DNA from: Girardia tigrina
Lineage: Eukaryota
Assembly (NCBI GenBank): GCA_001938485.1
Contig: MQRK01240224.1
Coordinates: 1-52,267 of the forward strand
Direction of reading: 5' to 3'
DNA: 52,267 bases
Positions 50,553-52,267 of the stretch are shown one piece after another; position 1 is the first letter of the stretch, and every line of letters starts with the position of its first letter. The notes below the pieces were generated by a model. That model saw only the letters and a program-made list of their open reading frames with translations, searched no databases and was not told the origin of the DNA. The position numbers and the translations under genes were made by a program.

Positions 50553-51787
50553 TTAGGTTGTCCTAAAAGTTCCCGGTCAAAAATGAAAATACAATTTTTT
50601 TTCAATTTCTTTTTGGCATTATTTATTTGATATTGATATATATCTATTTATTCATGGCATTATATGGACTGTGAGATTACAAACCTTGAAATCCGTGTGT
50701 TGCTGCGTCACTATTGGAAGAAAGGCTTGATAACACGATATGCTGCCAAGGCAATTTGCAAAGTTGAAGGTACGCAAACGGTTGAAAAAAGTACGGCAAT
50801 TGATTGGTTCAACCGTTTCAATAAAGGCAACTTTGACTTGAATGACAGTCCTCGTTCTGGACGACCAACAAAATTCGATAACGATGACTTGCAAGTAGAG
50901 CTGTACATGAAGCCTTTGTCAAGATCTCGCGATTTGACATTTAAGCTATGAGTTGTAAAGTCATGCATAAATGGGCATTTCAAACAGCTCGACCTTATGC
51001 ACAAAAAACCACGTCAAGATCCCCACGAACTCAACAAAGCACAAGCTAATAAAAGAGTCCAAATTTGTGGACCACTGCTACAGAATCCACGAGATAACCG
51101 CTTTTGGAAACAAATTATGACGTCGGATGAGAAGTGGGTCTACTTTGTTAACCACAACCAAGACAAGCGATGAGTTCCACCGGGTGAAGCAACGCCGTCA
51201 GTTCCAAAACAAGATCCATTTGGCTTGAAAATCATGTTGTGCGTCTGGTGGAACTTTGAAGGAGTCGTGCACTTTGAGTTGGTTCAGAACGGCAAGGCCA
51301 TTGATGCAGAACTCTATTGTCAACAGCTGGACCGTGTCTACGAGAGGCTCAAGGAGAAGTACTTTGCCTTAATCAACCGAAAACGTGCACTGCTTCAGCA
51401 AGACAATGCCAAACCGCATACCGCCAAGAAGACCATGGGTAAGTTCCAAGAGTTGGATGGAGTCGAGATACTGCTGCATCCTGCTTACAGCCCTGATTGC
51501 TTGCCCTCCATCCGACTATGGCCTCTTTCGATCCATGCAACACTTCTTGAAAGGCCACAGATTCAAATTTGATTCGATGAAGTTGAACAAGCATGTCAAG
51601 AATTCTTCAATTTGAAGCATCCGGAATGGTACTTTGACCAGATCCCAAAGTTTTCAGATCGTTGACAGAAAGTAGTCAAAAACGATGGACTATACTTTGA
51701 AGATTAATTGTTATTTATTTAAAATAAATTCTAGCACTAAAAAATTGTATTTTTCATTCTCTACCGGGAACTTTTAGGACAACCTAA
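50553..51787 (+). mobile_element. Full-length, inactivated mariner (DD34D) element
   Basis: Perfect 25-bp TIRs TTAGGTTGTCCTAAAAGTTCCCGGT, TA on both flanks, 1235 bp long. Confidence 0.96.
50664..51707 (+). pseudogene. Mariner transposase pseudogene
   Basis: PRSGRP, PHEL, TSDEKW, KIMLCVWW, QQDNAKPH, HPAYSPD..PSDY; stops and a frameshift. Confidence 0.93.
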
Positions 51788-51976
51788 TATTAAGGTTAAA
51801 TGGCTGTTCATATAATGTGTAGATATTAGCAGAAATCATTGGGCGGAGAAGATATAATATAAGGTTTCACTAAATTCATTAATGATTTTTTTTCTGTGGA
51901 GTTTCAATGTAATGGGCGCTTAGGATTATAAAATCTATCCAGTATGGAAATGAAGATTCCAAATCAAAACATATTA

Positions 51977-52078
51977 ATTCAATCCAAAAGTGACATCGCT
52001 TACTTAATTGACTTGTTACCAGAAATTAATGAAATCAATCATCACCTTCAAGGTAATAAACTGAATTTAATAAAATAA
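51977..52078 (+). pseudogene. hAT (Buster/SCAND3-like) transposase fragment
   Basis: IQSKSDIAYLIDLLPEINEINHHLQGNKLNLIK* resembles the DIAYL.D.F..FN..N..LQG..LNLIK segment. Confidence 0.6.
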
Positions 52079-52267
52079 CTTCATCAAGCAATGCAAAATT
52101 TCTCGATGTCATGTTGAAACCTTTAATTCCAAAAGGTTTTGGGTGTCTTGATATTTTTTAATTTGTGGATTTTATTTCAAAATTCGATATTAATAATAAT
52201 GATGAAATTATATATATATATATATATAATATTATTATTAATTATAATATATATATATATATATATA

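Noticed and set aside
6674-51665. TGA at five conserved Trp positions in two transposases (6674, 6719, 6873, 51171, 51663), hinting at TGA=Trp recoding
   Set aside because: Both elements also carry frameshifts and use TGG for other Trp residues, and the intact kinase has no in-frame TGA. G-to-A decay in an AT-biased genome is sufficient.

Overview
Very AT-rich eukaryotic genomic DNA from a draft assembly with many N gaps. It is almost certainly animal: it has a metazoan-type intron-containing tRNA-Leu(CAA), degenerate TTAGGG repeats and GT-AG introns of 45-55 nt. A planarian-like flatworm would fit, but the taxon cannot be established from this window. Most of the window is decayed transposable elements: pogo/Tigger, an ITm DD37E element, two DD34D mariners, a Mutator transposase and MITEs, hAT and Chapaev3 fragments, several Ty3/Gypsy remnants, a Penelope-like GIY-YIG fragment and a non-LTR RT fragment. 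One apparently intact host gene is hidden from the ORF track by tiny introns: a 5-exon, 278-aa phosphorylase-kinase-gamma-like kinase with non-canonical motifs (44117-45146, minus). Other notable items are an inverted pair of minimal hammerhead ribozymes (37581-37748), a terminal exon encoding a six-cysteine knottin/prokineticin-like peptide (50211-50452, minus), and an unrecognised two-block repeat family in about 6-8 dispersed copies that looks like a decayed Cys-containing gene family. All family assignments come from recognising motifs by eye; no database searches were run.
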